Positions 30,654 through 41,251 of a stretch of 64,000 nucleotides of DNA are shown one piece after another. The notes beneath the pieces were generated by a model. That model did no database searches. It saw only the letters and a list, made by a program, of their open reading frames with translations, and was not told the DNA's origin. The translations under genes and the position numbers were made by a program. The stretch covers positions 320,001 to 384,000 of the forward strand of contig CAVPCT010000005.1 of assembly GCA_963702475.1 (NCBI GenBank), written 5' to 3'. This DNA is from an uncultured Thermoleophilia bacterium (GTDB taxonomy: Bacteria; Actinomycetota; Thermoleophilia; UBA2241). Every line of letters begins with the position of its first letter. Position 1 is the first letter of the stretch.

Positions 30654-31576
30654 TGGTACCCTCCTCCGGCCTGGCCGGCGCCGCCCGCCTGGCTCTCTCC
30701 GCCGCCGGTCTCGCCGGCGCCCGGGAACGACCGGTACCAGACGACGCTCTCGCCCTCGCTCAGCCCGGAGACGATCTCCGACTGACTCCCCGACTGCTGT
30801 CCCACCTGCACGGTGCGGGTCTCGATCTTGCCGTCGGTCATCACGTCGACGGTGGCGGAGCTCCCGCTGCCCTTGATGGCGGCAGTCGGGATCACGATGA
30901 CGTCCGCGGCCAGCACCTGCGTCTCGATGGCCGCGAGACCGCTGGTGTCGGCGGCGACGTCGGCCTGGGCCTCGTCCAGGCGGATGGTCGCCGTGACCGT
31001 GCCGTCGGCATTGGCCTCGACGGCGGTCACGGTGCCCGGTGTACCCCGCTCCCCGAGGTCTCCGCTCAAGCCCCCTCCGGGAGAGCCGCCCTGCCCGGGC
31101 TGGGGCATGCCGCTCTGGCCCGGCTGAGGCATGCCGCTGCCCTGCGGCACGGGCATGCCGCTCGGCGCGCCCTGTGACATGCCGCTGGCGCCAGGCTCAG
31201 GCATACCGCTCGGCGCGCCCTGCGGGAAGTCGCCGCGCGCGCCCATCAGCATGACCGTGGCGGACTGTCCCTCGGCCACGGCGGAGGCGCTCTCCGCCGG
31301 CACCGTGGCCTCCACGACCGCCTCGTCGCCGAGTGAGGAGACCCTCACAGGCGCGACGATGCTCTCGGTGAGGTCGCCGCGCTCCACTCTGGTGAGCACC
31401 TGCATGGCGGTCGGCGCGACCTGGCCGGGCTGCGCAGCGCCGTCCTGCGCGCCGCTCGAGCCGCAGGCGGCGACCGCCGTGGCGAGCGCCGCCACGGCGA
31501 CTCCCGCGACGATCGCTCCCGTCATCTTGGTGCGCCCGCCCCGTCGGAGGCCGCGGCGCCTGCTGAACGGCTTCAT
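30650..31576 (-). CDS. second adaptor-like lipoprotein
   Basis: VAAC lipobox, VERGDLTESI, VIVIPTAAI, EIVSGLSEGE. Confidence 0.7.
   Translation of the reverse strand: MKPFSRRRGLRRGGRTKMTGAIVAGVAVAALATAVAACGSSGAQDGAAQPGQVAPTAMQVLTRVERGDLTESIVAPVRVSSLGDEAVVEATVPAESASAVAEGQSATVMLMGARGDFPQGAPSGMPEPGASGMSQGAPSGMPVPQGSGMPQPGQSGMPQPGQGGSPGGGLSGDLGERGTPGTVTAVEANADGTVTATIRLDEAQADVAADTSGLAAIETQVLAADVIVIPTAAIKGSGSSATVDVMTDGKIETRTVQVGQQSGSQSEIVSGLSEGESVVWYRSFPGAGETGGGESQAGGAGQAGGGYQ
31082..31226 (-). repeat. 24-nt (8-aa) tandem repeat, about 6 units, PxxxxSGM
   Basis: CAT(G/A)CCGCT recurs at 31106, 31130, 31154, 31178, 31202. Confidence 0.8.
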
Positions 31577-32301
31577 ACGTGAGCCTCCGAGTAGGTCGCG
31601 TGGTCGTGCAGTCTTCCTTCGCCGAGCACCAGCCGCCGATCGGCGTGCTCGGCCACGTCTTCTTCGTGCGTGATCATGAAGATGGTGCGGCCCTCCGCGT
31701 GGAGTCTGTCCAGGATCTCCAGCACCTCCGCCGTGGCCGTGAGGTCCAGGTTGCCGGTGGGCTCGTCCACCAACAGCACCTCGGGGTCGCCCACCAGGGC
31801 CCTGGCGATGGCGACGCGCTGCATCTGCCCGCCGGAGAGCTCACTGGGGTCGTGGTCGGCGCGGTCGCCGAGCCCGACCGAGACGAGCGCCTCGCGAGCC
31901 CGCTCGAGGCGCTCCTTGCGCCGCATGCCGCGGTACACGAGCGGCGTGGCGACGTTCTCCAGGGCCGTCGTGCGGGGCAGCAGATTGTGCAGCTGGAAGA
32001 CGAAGCCCAGGAGATGGTTGCGCAGGCGCGAGCGCTCGGTGTCGTCGAGGTCGGACACGTCGTGCCCGCCGAGCCGGTACGCGCCGCCGTCGGCCCGGTC
32101 GAGCAGCCCGAGCACGTTGAGCAGCGTGGACTTGCCGGCGCCCGAGCGGCCGGTGCACGCGACCCACTCCCCGCGCGTCACGCGCAGGTCCAAGTCCCAG
32201 AGCACCGGCACCGCGATCTCGCCGCGCCGGTAGGTCCGCTCGAGCCCGGCGGTCTCCATCACGACGTCCGCGGCAGGTGCGGCGCCGGCGTGAGCTTCCA
32301 T
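31573..32301 (-). CDS. ABC ATP-binding protein (LolD/MacB type)
   Basis: [28 protein letters not shown]; ATG at 32301 after GGAGGAGG. Confidence 0.92.
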   Translation of the reverse strand: MEAHAGAAPAADVVMETAGLERTYRRGEIAVPVLWDLDLRVTRGEWVACTGRSGAGKSTLLNVLGLLDRADGGAYRLGGHDVSDLDDTERSRLRNHLLGFVFQLHNLLPRTTALENVATPLVYRGMRRKERLERAREALVSVGLGDRADHDPSELSGGQMQRVAIARALVGDPEVLLVDEPTGNLDLTATAEVLEILDRLHAEGRTIFMITHEEDVAEHADRRLVLGEGRLHDHATYSEAHV

Positions 32302-32536
32302 GTCCCTCCTCCCGGTGATCGGTAGGCGACCCCGGGACGGCGTGCCGCCGGGGACCACAGCCAGCTTGGCTACCATCGCTGTGAGCCGGCTGTGACCATG
32401 GTGAGACGACGCTGAAAGGAGGGTCGCGCCGGTAGGCGGCGCCGGAGTGCGGCGCCGGCACTTGTGACTCGCCGCGGGCGACCCGGCGCAGGCGACGCGC
32501 CGCCGGGTCCGGAGCGGACCGCCGGCAGCCGCCGGA

Positions 32537-33316
32537 TCAGAGGAGAGCGCGGACCTCTCTAGCCACGCGCCGGGCCACGAGGCCGTAACCGGCCGGCGTG
32601 AGGTGGACGGTGTCGCGGAAGTAAACCTCGTCGAACTCGGCGCCGGCCCGGCCGAGCTCCGGGTCGGCCGCCACGTCGGCGAGGCCGTCGGCGAAGCCGC
32701 GCCACCCGGCGCGGAGCTTCGCATTGAGCGCGGTACGCGCCGCCTCGAACTCCGCGGAGCCCTCGCGCGGCAACACCGTGAGGACGACGACCTTGTAGCC
32801 GGCCAGCTGCCGCGCGCGGCAGTACGACGCCAGGCGCCGGTACGCGGTGTCCGGGGCGAACGGAGGGTCGGTGCCGTACATCAGGTCGTTGGTGCCCTCC
32901 CACACCACGAGCACCGGGTCACGGCGCCCGGCGGCCAGCGGATCGACCTCGTCGGCGGCGTCGGCCAGCATCATCTGGGTGGTCTGGCCGGGCACCCCGA
33001 GGTTGACGCCTTCGAACCCGGCCGGCAGCACGGCCATGACTTGGGCGGGCATCATGCCGGCCTCGTCAAGGCCCGTGTCCATGACCAGCGAGCAGCCGTC
33101 GAACACGATGAGCCGGGACGCCGGCGCGGGAGTGGTCTGGGACGCCGCCGCCGAAGCCGGCAAGGAGACCGCGGCGGCCGGGAAGACGTCGGGCCCGCCG
33201 GTGCCCGCCCCGCAGGCGAGAAGCGAAGCGGCCGCGGCGACCGCCACGGCCGGCATCAGGATGGCGCGCGCGAGCTTCACAGGCTGCCCCATCTCACGCG
33301 GGCGGCGCCGGACCAT
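32537..33316 (-). CDS. SGNH/GDSL hydrolase family lipoprotein
   Basis: FDGCSL, NLGVPG, EGTND and DTVH blocks; LLAC lipobox; start uncertain. Confidence 0.8.
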   Translation of the reverse strand: MVRRRPREMGQPVKLARAILMPAVAVAAAASLLACGAGTGGPDVFPAAAVSLPASAAASQTTPAPASRLIVFDGCSLVMDTGLDEAGMMPAQVMAVLPAGFEGVNLGVPGQTTQMMLADAADEVDPLAAGRRDPVLVVWEGTNDLMYGTDPPFAPDTAYRRLASYCRARQLAGYKVVVLTVLPREGSAEFEAARTALNAKLRAGWRGFADGLADVAADPELGRAGAEFDEVYFRDTVHLTPAGYGLVARRVAREVRALL

Positions 33317-33391
33317 GCCGGACGCCGTCCCGCCACGGCGGCCGGCGTCGCGGCAGCGACGCCGGCGCCACGGGAGAGCCGCAGAACGAGG

Positions 33392-33694
33392 TCAGCGGGG
33401 GCGTCGACCGCCCTTCTCGATGCCCTTGGCTTCTGAGACGTAGGGCAGCAGCGCCATCTCGCGAGCGCGCTTGACGGCCGTAGCCAGCTGCCGCTGATGG
33501 CGGCGGCAGGTGCCGGTGACGCGCGGCGACTTGATCTTGCCGCGGTCGCTGATGAAGCGCCGGAGGCCCGTGGCGTCCTTGTAGTCGACCTCGTCGATCT
33601 TCTCTTTGCAGAAGTGGCAGAAGCGACGACGCGACGGGTCGAACGGTCGACCCCGCTTCTTGTCGGTCCTGGTCCTGCTCTTGGCCTGCGGCAT
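33392..33694 (-). CDS. rpsR: 30S ribosomal protein S18
   Basis: RRRFCHFC...VDYKD...[39 protein letters not shown]. Confidence 0.95.
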   Translation of the reverse strand: MPQAKSRTRTDKKRGRPFDPSRRRFCHFCKEKIDEVDYKDATGLRRFISDRGKIKSPRVTGTCRRHQRQLATAVKRAREMALLPYVSEAKGIEKGGRRPR

Positions 33695-33852
33695 GTACGT
33701 TCCTTTCCCGTCAGCCCATGCGGCGCGTCCGCCCATGCGGCTGCGACCTGTGCGCACTGGAACGTGAATCATGCCGGGATATGGCCTTCAGTGCAAGCCG
33801 AGGCGGGCCGCACGCGCGTAGGGCGGTCCGGAGAGGTCCCCGGCACAGAAGC

Positions 33853-33888
33853 GGGCGGGCGGCGGGCCTTTCGGCCCGCCGCCCGCCC
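33853..33888 (-). terminator. intrinsic terminator after the cytochrome c gene
   Basis: GGGCGGGCGGCGGGCC-TTTC-GGCCCGCCGCCCGCCC 16-bp stem. Confidence 0.7.
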
Positions 33889-33940
33889 GGCGACTCAGCT
33901 CTCGTGCGCCTCACCGCAAGCGAGGCGACGCGATCTCAGC

Positions 33941-34579
33941 TCACTTGGCCTTGAACAGGATAGCCTTCGAGGTGGTCTTCGGACCGCCGAGCAGGTTGTA
34001 GAACGACGTGCTCGTGCGGAAGCTGCCCTTCTTGAGCGGCTTGTAGGAGTACGCGAAGCGCATCGCGCCACCCAGGAAGCCCAGCTTGGCCGAGCCCTTC
34101 TTGACCTGCTTCCAGCTGTTGCCCGACTTCATCTCCACGACCCAGCTGACGCCCGTGGCGGCCGTGTCGACCGGCGTGACGCCGCCGCTGAACTTGATGG
34201 TCTTCTTGACCTTGACGACCTTGTTGGACGGCACGACGGTGTCGATGGCGATGGTCGCCACGACCGGCGCAACGTGACAGCCGGCGGTGCCGCATGTCGC
34301 GGCCGGGTGCTTGGCCACGATGCTGGCCGCCCCGTGGCAGCTCGCGCAGCCTGATGGGGTCGGCTTCTCGGCAGCACCGTTGGTGTGGCACTTGGTGCAG
34401 TCGGTCACGGTCGCATGCTTGGCGTGCGTAGCTGTCTTGTCGTGGCAGGCCGCGCAGATCGTGAACGTCTGGGCAGCCAGCGCCTGCTGCGCGGCCATCC
34501 CGAACACGGCGACCAGGGCCACCGCGAGGAGCAGGACGAGGCCGACGCGACCTCTGGCCTTCTTGGTCTCTCGATGCAT
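33941..34579 (-). CDS. secreted multiheme (tetraheme) cytochrome c with C-terminal beta-sandwich domain
   Basis: Signal peptide ending ALA; CAACH, CTKCH, CASCH, CGTAGCH; AAGGAGG RBS. Confidence 0.85.
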   Translation of the reverse strand: MHRETKKARGRVGLVLLLAVALVAVFGMAAQQALAAQTFTICAACHDKTATHAKHATVTDCTKCHTNGAAEKPTPSGCASCHGAASIVAKHPAATCGTAGCHVAPVVATIAIDTVVPSNKVVKVKKTIKFSGGVTPVDTAATGVSWVVEMKSGNSWKQVKKGSAKLGFLGGAMRFAYSYKPLKKGSFRTSTSFYNLLGGPKTTSKAILFKAK

Positions 34580-34834
34580 GAAGCCTCCTTGGCTCGTGTT
34601 CACAGTTCCTTCACACCCGGACAGTGTGGCCCCTCCACCCCTGCGAAGCAACCGCTCCGAGCCCGCGGAAGAGAGGGCCTGCCCCTACCTGCTTCGGCTT
34701 GCGCCGGTCGTGCCTGAAGAGCAACGTCGCGCGGACCCGCGTGCTTAACGGGACGCGCGGGAAACGTCGTCGTCGGCCGAACGATCGTCTCAGGGACGGG
34801 CGAGAAGACGGCCGTGTTCGGCGCGCCGGCTCCC

Positions 34835-35639
34835 TCATCCTTTCGCCGGCGTCCGCGCCGCGGCCCGTACGACCGTGGTCTCGCCCGGCGCCAGGATGCG
34901 GACCTCCACCTGCGGCGCCAGGTGGGCCGCGTACCGCTCGAAGGCGCGCGGCCACTCCGCGAACTTCGGGTTCACCCGCGGTGGGTACCACGGCGCGTAC
35001 AGCGTGCCCCAGTGCACCGGCACGCAGGCCGCCGGCCGCAGGAGCGCCAGCGCCTTCGCGGCCGTGAGCGGGTTGAGGTGGTCGTCGGGCAGCCGCGGCC
35101 CCCACCCGCCGACCGGCAGTAGGGCGACGTCGAGGTCGCCGGCCAGACCGGCCATCCCGTCGAAGAGGCCGGTGTCGCCGGCGAAGTACGCGCTCTGGGC
35201 TGCCGCGCACGACGAAACCGAGCGCGTTGCCCTCCTCGGCGAACGGGTGCCGGCTGGTGCCGTGGTCGGCGGGTGTGGCCGTGACCACCACACCCCCGCC
35301 GATGTCCCGGCTCTGCCCCGGCTCCATCTCGGTGACGTCGGCGAACCCGAGGCGCCGCAGGAGCTTCTCCGTGGCCCGCGGCGCCAGGATCGGCGTCGTC
35401 TTGTCGATGAGCCGCAGCGACGGCACGTCGAGGTGGTCGATGTGCGCGTGCGAGATGACGACCGCCGCCAGGTCGCCGTGCACGCTCGCCGGCGGCACCG
35501 GACTGCGCCGGATGAGCGGGCCCACGTGCAGGCGCAGGAGCGGGTCGGTGAGGACCCGCCTGCCATCCACTTCGAGCAGCACCGTTGCGTGCCCTACGAA
35601 GGTCACGGCCATGGTCGATGTCGTCGCCTCGACGGTCAT
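34835..35639 (-). CDS. MBL-fold metallo-hydrolase (UlaG-like), frameshift near 35200
   Basis: FVGHATVLL, LTDP and SHAHIDHL in one frame; YFAGDTG and PVHWGT in the next. Confidence 0.8.
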
Positions 35640-35768
35640 GAGTGCACGATACCCGCTCCGCCGGACGCGGACGCAACGCCGCGGCCGTCCGCCGTCTCCG
35701 TTCGGATCCTGTGCGGATTCGGTAGAATCTGTTGCGGCGCATCCACAACCCCCTGAAGGAGACCTTCC

Positions 35769-37049
35769 ATGGCGTACGCAGAGGATTTCGAGAGAGCCCT
35801 CCAGGTGGGCCGTCCCCCCAACGTGCAGACCCTCTTCCCCAACTCCAAGGCGCTGCTCGTCAGCGGCAAAGCCGTCGACCGCGCGATGCGGGCCAAGGGC
35901 AACGCCATCGCGATCGCCGCCAACGGGCGCAACGCCTTCGTCATCAAGGGTGCCCTGCGGGCCGCGCAGCGCGCCAACGCCGCGCTCATCATCGAGATCG
36001 CCAAGTCCGAAGGCGGGCAGAAGGCCTACTGCGCCGTGAACTACTGGAACATGGCGACCATCGTCGACGCTCTGTGCAACGAGATGGGCATCACCGTCCC
36101 CGTCGCCGTGCACGCCGACCACTACGGCATCAAGAACGACAAGGACCTCGAGGCGGCAATGGTGGAGGTCCCCAGCATGTTCGAGGCCGGCATCACATCC
36201 ATCGCCATCGACGCCTCGCACCAGCCCAACGACAAGAACGTGCTGGCCAACATCACCCTCGCCCCGTACATCCCCGCGTGGGCCAGCCTCGAGACAGAGG
36301 TCGGCGAGATCAAGGGCGCCTCGGGGCTCTCCACGCCGGCCGAGGCGCTGTTCCAGATCCAGGGCCTCAACGCGCACGACATGTTCGCCGACTGGATCGC
36401 CCTCAACAACGGCACCACCCACGGCATCGAGGCATCGGACGCCGGCATCCAGGTCGGTCTCACCGCCGAGGTGCACAAGGCCCTCGAGCCCTACGAGGTG
36501 AGCGGCGCCCAGCACGGCACCTCGGGCAACAGCTCCGACCGCCTGCGCGAGATCGCCGCGAAGACACACACCACGAAGGCGAACGTGGCCACCGCCCTGC
36601 AGATGATCTCCTGGGGCCTCGAGGTCAACGACTACGGCAACGCCCAGCTCGACGCGGACGGCAACTTCATCAAGGTCGTGGGCGAAGGCGTCACCGAGGA
36701 GATGTGGGCCAAGGTGGTCGCCTACGCCGACGAGAAGGGCTGGAAGAAGGGCGACTACAAGAACCTCAACATCGTGTTCGAGAACCAGTTCTTCGCGCAG
36801 CCGCTCGAGATCCGCGAACGCATGGCGAAGCGGGTCGAGGACTTCGCCTACAAGATGATGACCGAGGTGCTGAACGGCGGCGACACCGCGCCGCTCGCCG
36901 TGGAGGCCATCCTGGCCGCAGGGTCCTACGACCTCGGCCCCAAGGTGGGCCGCATCGAGGACCCCGCGCAGTGGACCGAGGCAGACATCATCGAGCGCGC
37001 CAAGCACCTCGACTCCGACAAGGGCGCCGCGGGCAACTTCGACGATTGA
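35769..37049 (+). CDS. fba: class II fructose-bisphosphate aldolase
   Basis: VHADHY, IDAS, ETEVGEI, GTTHG, AQHGTSG and KANVAT motifs; AAGGAG RBS. Confidence 0.9.
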   Translation: MAYAEDFERALQVGRPPNVQTLFPNSKALLVSGKAVDRAMRAKGNAIAIAANGRNAFVIKGALRAAQRANAALIIEIAKSEGGQKAYCAVNYWNMATIVDALCNEMGITVPVAVHADHYGIKNDKDLEAAMVEVPSMFEAGITSIAIDASHQPNDKNVLANITLAPYIPAWASLETEVGEIKGASGLSTPAEALFQIQGLNAHDMFADWIALNNGTTHGIEASDAGIQVGLTAEVHKALEPYEVSGAQHGTSGNSSDRLREIAAKTHTTKANVATALQMISWGLEVNDYGNAQLDADGNFIKVVGEGVTEEMWAKVVAYADEKGWKKGDYKNLNIVFENQFFAQPLEIRERMAKRVEDFAYKMMTEVLNGGDTAPLAVEAILAAGSYDLGPKVGRIEDPAQWTEADIIERAKHLDSDKGAAGNFDD

Positions 37050-37306
37050 GCGACGGAAGCGGGCTCAACGTGAAGTGCAGCGCCAGCGGCACCTCACACT
37101 CCTGCCCGTAGGCGGCGCAGCCGCCGTAGTGCTAGTGGGCGGCTTGCGACCCGTCAGGGCCCAGCGCAAGACGGATTGAGCTCCGCAGGCGAGTCAGTGC
37201 CGGCGCGCAAGCACTGACCGCCGCAGGCGGCTCAACGTGAGGTAGGCCGCAGGCGCACCTCGCCTCTCCTCGTCCTCGGCCGCCGACGAGGATAGGATGC
37301 GGGCCG

Positions 37307-38188
37307 ATGCTGACCATCGTCCTTGGCCTCACGGCGGCGTGCGCGTACTCCCTCTACGGCTTTGGCAGCCAACGGCTCGTGCGCGGGGTCTCCTGGGTGA
37401 CCCTCGCGGTGGCCATGTTCGGAGTCGGGGTCGTGCTCCTGCTCGTGCCGGCGCTGGTGGTGGACGGGCTGCCGTTCGCCCGGGCGCAGCTGCGCGACCT
37501 CTGTCTCGCCGCCGGCGGCGGACTGCTGTACACCGCGGCCACGGCCGCGTTCCTGCTCGCCCTGCGCGTCGGCAAGCTCTCGCTCGTGACGGTGCTCGCC
37601 TGCCTGGACGGCGCCTTCGCAGCCGTCGTGTCGCTCACGCTCGGCGAACGCGTCGGCGCGTTGGCTGCGGCCGGCCTGGTCTGCGCCGTGGCCGGCGGAT
37701 TGCTCGCAGCAGTCGAGCCGCGGCGTCCGGACGCTCGGGACGCAGAAGCGGGCGTGCCGGGCCGGCGCCGGTTGCGGATCGCCGCCGGCGCCGGCCTGGC
37801 GCTCGTCACCAGCCTCGCCATGGCCGGCGTCTTCGTCTCGTACGGCGCCATCGAGGCCTTCTCGCCCTTCACCACCGTGACGGTCGCGTCGTTCGCCGGG
37901 CTGGCCATCGTGCTCCCCATCGCCGCCGTCCGCCAAGCCGTCCTCCCCCCGCGGGCTCGGACGGCAGGGGTCGTTGGGGTCGGCGTCCTCGATATCCTCG
38001 CGTTCCTGGCGGGAAGCGCGGCCCTCGCCCTGGGACCGGTGTCCGTCGCATCGGTCCTGCAGGCGCAGACGGCCACGCTCTCCACGCTCCTCGGCGTCGC
38101 GGCGCTGCACGAACGGCCGGCGTGGTGGCAGACGGTGGGCATCGTGGCCACGATCGCGGGCGTCAGCATGCTCGCCTGGGCGATGTGA
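37307..38188 (+). CDS. DMT/EamA family transporter
   Basis: Ten hydrophobic segments in two repeats, LGER / LHER loops. Confidence 0.85.
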   Translation: MLTIVLGLTAACAYSLYGFGSQRLVRGVSWVTLAVAMFGVGVVLLLVPALVVDGLPFARAQLRDLCLAAGGGLLYTAATAAFLLALRVGKLSLVTVLACLDGAFAAVVSLTLGERVGALAAAGLVCAVAGGLLAAVEPRRPDARDAEAGVPGRRRLRIAAGAGLALVTSLAMAGVFVSYGAIEAFSPFTTVTVASFAGLAIVLPIAAVRQAVLPPRARTAGVVGVGVLDILAFLAGSAALALGPVSVASVLQAQTATLSTLLGVAALHERPAWWQTVGIVATIAGVSMLAWAM

Positions 38189-38229
38189 CCGCGGGCCGGG
38201 CGTGAGGATGAAGCCGGCGAGGTGCTCCC

Positions 38230-38291
38230 TTGACACCTTCGAGCGCCGCTCAGTATGGTGACACGGCGCTTTTAGTTATGTAAGTAACTAA
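38230..38291 (+). promoter_or_regulatory. promoter TTGACA-18-TATGGT with palindromic operator TTAGTTA-N6-TAACTAA (38272-38291)
   Basis: AT-rich inverted repeat just downstream of the -10; 19/20 identical to 42118-42137. Confidence 0.8.
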
Positions 38292-38323
38292 CGCACCGCT
38301 CGGGGCGGTGACTGGAGGTGCCA

Positions 38324-39712
38324 ATGGCTCGTCGCATCCCCACAAGACTCGGGGACGGCTCGCTCGTCGCGCTCACCGCCGCCGAGATCGAGGCGGACCT
38401 TGTCTCCGGCTGTGAGGCGGCGGTGAAGCGCGCCAAGGTGGAGCCGCTCACCGACGACGACCTCGCCCACCTGCTCGACATCTTCACGTCACCCGCCAAG
38501 TTCAGCGCCGTGGACTACGGCGACGAGGTCGTCCTGAGCTTCGACGGGTCGGGCAACTCTGACCTCAACGCGCCGATCCTCGAGCAACTCGTCTACCAGA
38601 ACCACCACGGCGCCGACATGATCGAGCTTTGGCATCAGGACTACTCGTACAAAGCCGTGCGCACCGTGCTCTCCTTCCAGACGCAGACGGTCAAGGAGGC
38701 ACAGCTCCAGACGGTGATCCCGCTGAACTACGGGGCCATGCCGGACCTGGGCCGCTACTCGATGCCCGACGGCCCGGCCCCCAACTGGTCGGAGCTGCTG
38801 CCGCTCGGCAGGTACGAGGAGGCCCGCGAGGCCCAACTCGAGGCCGTGAAACACCTCGAGAAGGACATGTGGTACGTGATCGAGGCCATGGTGGCCGCGG
38901 GCGTGGACGGCATCGATTTCGACACGGCGGGAGCGGCCGGGGACGCCGACCTGCTGGCCACGCTGCGCACCGCGCGCAAGGTGCGCGACACGTGGCCGCA
39001 CATCGGCGTGGAGATCGGCCAGGCCTCCGAGCTGGTGCTCGGCATGCACGGGCAGCTCGAGTACGAGGGCACCAGGCTGGCCGGCCAGTGGCCCCTCGGC
39101 CAGCTGCGCGCGTGCACCGCAGCCGGCGCCACCATCTTCGGGCCGGCCGTGAACGTGAACACCACCAGGTCGTTGCCGTGGAACACGGCCCGCGCCTGCG
39201 CGCTCATCAAGCCCGTCACCGCCGAGGCCACCATCCCCGTGCACGCCAACGCGGGGATGGGCGTCGGCGGCGTCCCCATGACGCCGTACCCGCCGGTCGA
39301 CGCCACGTCCCGGGCGTCCCGCGCCCTCGTCGACATCTGCAAGGTCGACGGGTTGTAGGTCGGGATCGGGGACCCCGTGGGGATGGCCTCGACACACGCG
39401 CTCGCCTCGGGCATGGGCGGCATGCGGACCGCCGGAGATCTGGTGGCCCGCATGCAGATGACCCGGGGCATGCGTCTCCCGCAGGCCAAGCAGTACGTGG
39501 CGGAGAAGCTCGGCTGCTCCGTGGACGACCTCAACGACACCGTGGTCATGCACGACATCCGCCGCGACCTCGGCCTCGGCCGTATCCAGGTGCAGGACCT
39601 CACCTACGCCGACCACCCGGGAGCGATGGAGGCGAAGTTCCGTATCGCCGAGGTGCTGGACATCCCCATCAACTCGGTCCAGCGCTTCAAGGCGCACGCC
39701 GGGCTGGCGTGA
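38324..39712 (+). CDS. mtbB: dimethylamine:corrinoid methyltransferase, pyrrolysine-containing (in-frame TAG 39356-39358)
   Basis: [42 protein letters not shown]; GGAGG RBS. Confidence 0.92.
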
Positions 39713-39782
39713 CGGCGGCGGCGACGCAATGACGGCTGCGGCGAGGTCACCTCGCGACGGTGAGCCGGGACGGAGGACACGC

Positions 39783-41251
39783 ATGACTTCACAGCTGGAC
39801 CTGACGCAGCGCCAGCCGCTGCTGCCGCTGGGCTCCGACTTCCGCGTGCAGTTCTACGGTGCGGCGAAGCTGGACCGTTACAAGGAGGCCGTCCTGACGG
39901 TGCTGGAGCGGACCGGCGTCAGGTTCGGGTCGGCCAAGGCCCTCGCCGTCCTGGATGCGCACGGCGCCCGCGTCGACCGCGCGTCCGGCGTCGTCCGTCT
40001 CCAGCCCGACCTCGTCGAGCGAGCCCTCGGCACCGCCCCGCGCTCGCTCTGGCTGGGGTCGCGGGACGGCACGCTCGACCTCGATCTGGCGTCAGGCGAC
40101 ACCTACAACACCACCAACGGGTGCGGTACTGAGGTCGTCGACTGGCGCACCGCCGAGCGGCGGCCGCCGACCAAGGACGACCTCTGCGCCATCACGCGCA
40201 TGATCGACTACCTGGGCTCGGTCCAGTTCTGGTGGCCCAACGTGGCCGCCGCGGACAAGGGCGACACCCACACCCTGCACGAGCTGGACGCCGCCTGGAA
40301 CAACACGGCCAAGCACCTGCAGGGCATGGTGCAGGGCGAGCGCGAGGCGCGGTACGCCGTGGAGATGGCGACCGTCGTCGCCGGAGGGGCGGAGCAGCTG
40401 CGCCGCCGCCCCCCGATGAGCAACCTCATCGGCACCGTCCAGCCACTCATCAACGACAAGGACGGCATCGAGGCGGCCCTGGTGTTCGCCGAGGCCGGTG
40501 TGCCCGTGTGCTTCGTCACGATGCCGACCTACGGGACGACGGCGCCGGCCACCAAGGCAGGCGCCTACGTCATGGGGTTCGCGGAGCTCATCAGCGCCGC
40601 GGTCTGCGTGCAGCTGGCGCACCCGGGGGCGCCGGTCATCCTCTTCCCCCTCCCCGTGCACGCCGACCCGCGCACGGCCGCGCTGACCACCGCCCCGCTC
40701 AACCACCGCGGCCTCTTCTTGCCCGGCGAGCTCGTGCACCACTTCGGGCTGCCGGCCATGACCGGGTACGCAGGCACCGACGACGACCTGCCGGGCAGCT
40801 GGCTGGCGGCGGCCGAGACGGCGCACACCGTGATGCTGGCCGGCATCGTCGGCTCCGAGCTCATGACCACCATCGGCCTCACCAACCGCTACCAGCTGTT
40901 CACGCCCGAGCACATGATGCTCGACGACGACCTCTACCGGCGGGCGGCCAGCGCCTTCCGCGACCTCGAGCTCGACGACGAGACGCTGGCGCTGGACGTG
41001 ATCGACGCCGTGGGCCCCGGCGGGCACTTCCTGGGCCAGGCGCACACCCGCCGGCACATGAAGGAGACCGTCGAGCGCTCGATCGGCCAGGAGATCGGCC
41101 CCGACGGCACGCACCTGCGCGACGCCGTCGAGGTCGCGCGCGAGCGCGGCCTCGATATCCTCGAGCACTACGTACCGGAGCCGCTCGACGAAGCGAAAGC
41201 GGTGGAACTGGGCGCATCGTGGCGGCGGCCGACGCCGAGCTGCTCAGCTGA
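39783..41251 (+). CDS. MttB-superfamily methyltransferase, non-Pyl (frameshift near 41211)
   Basis: Close paralog of 13206..14711; C-terminus RIVAAADAELLS lies in another frame. Confidence 0.85.

Noticed and set aside
34611-37007. 798-aa minus-strand ORF and many other long Arg/Gly/Pro-rich ORFs
   Set aside because: Antisense or off-frame shadows typical of very high GC DNA; only the MBL segment of this ORF is real
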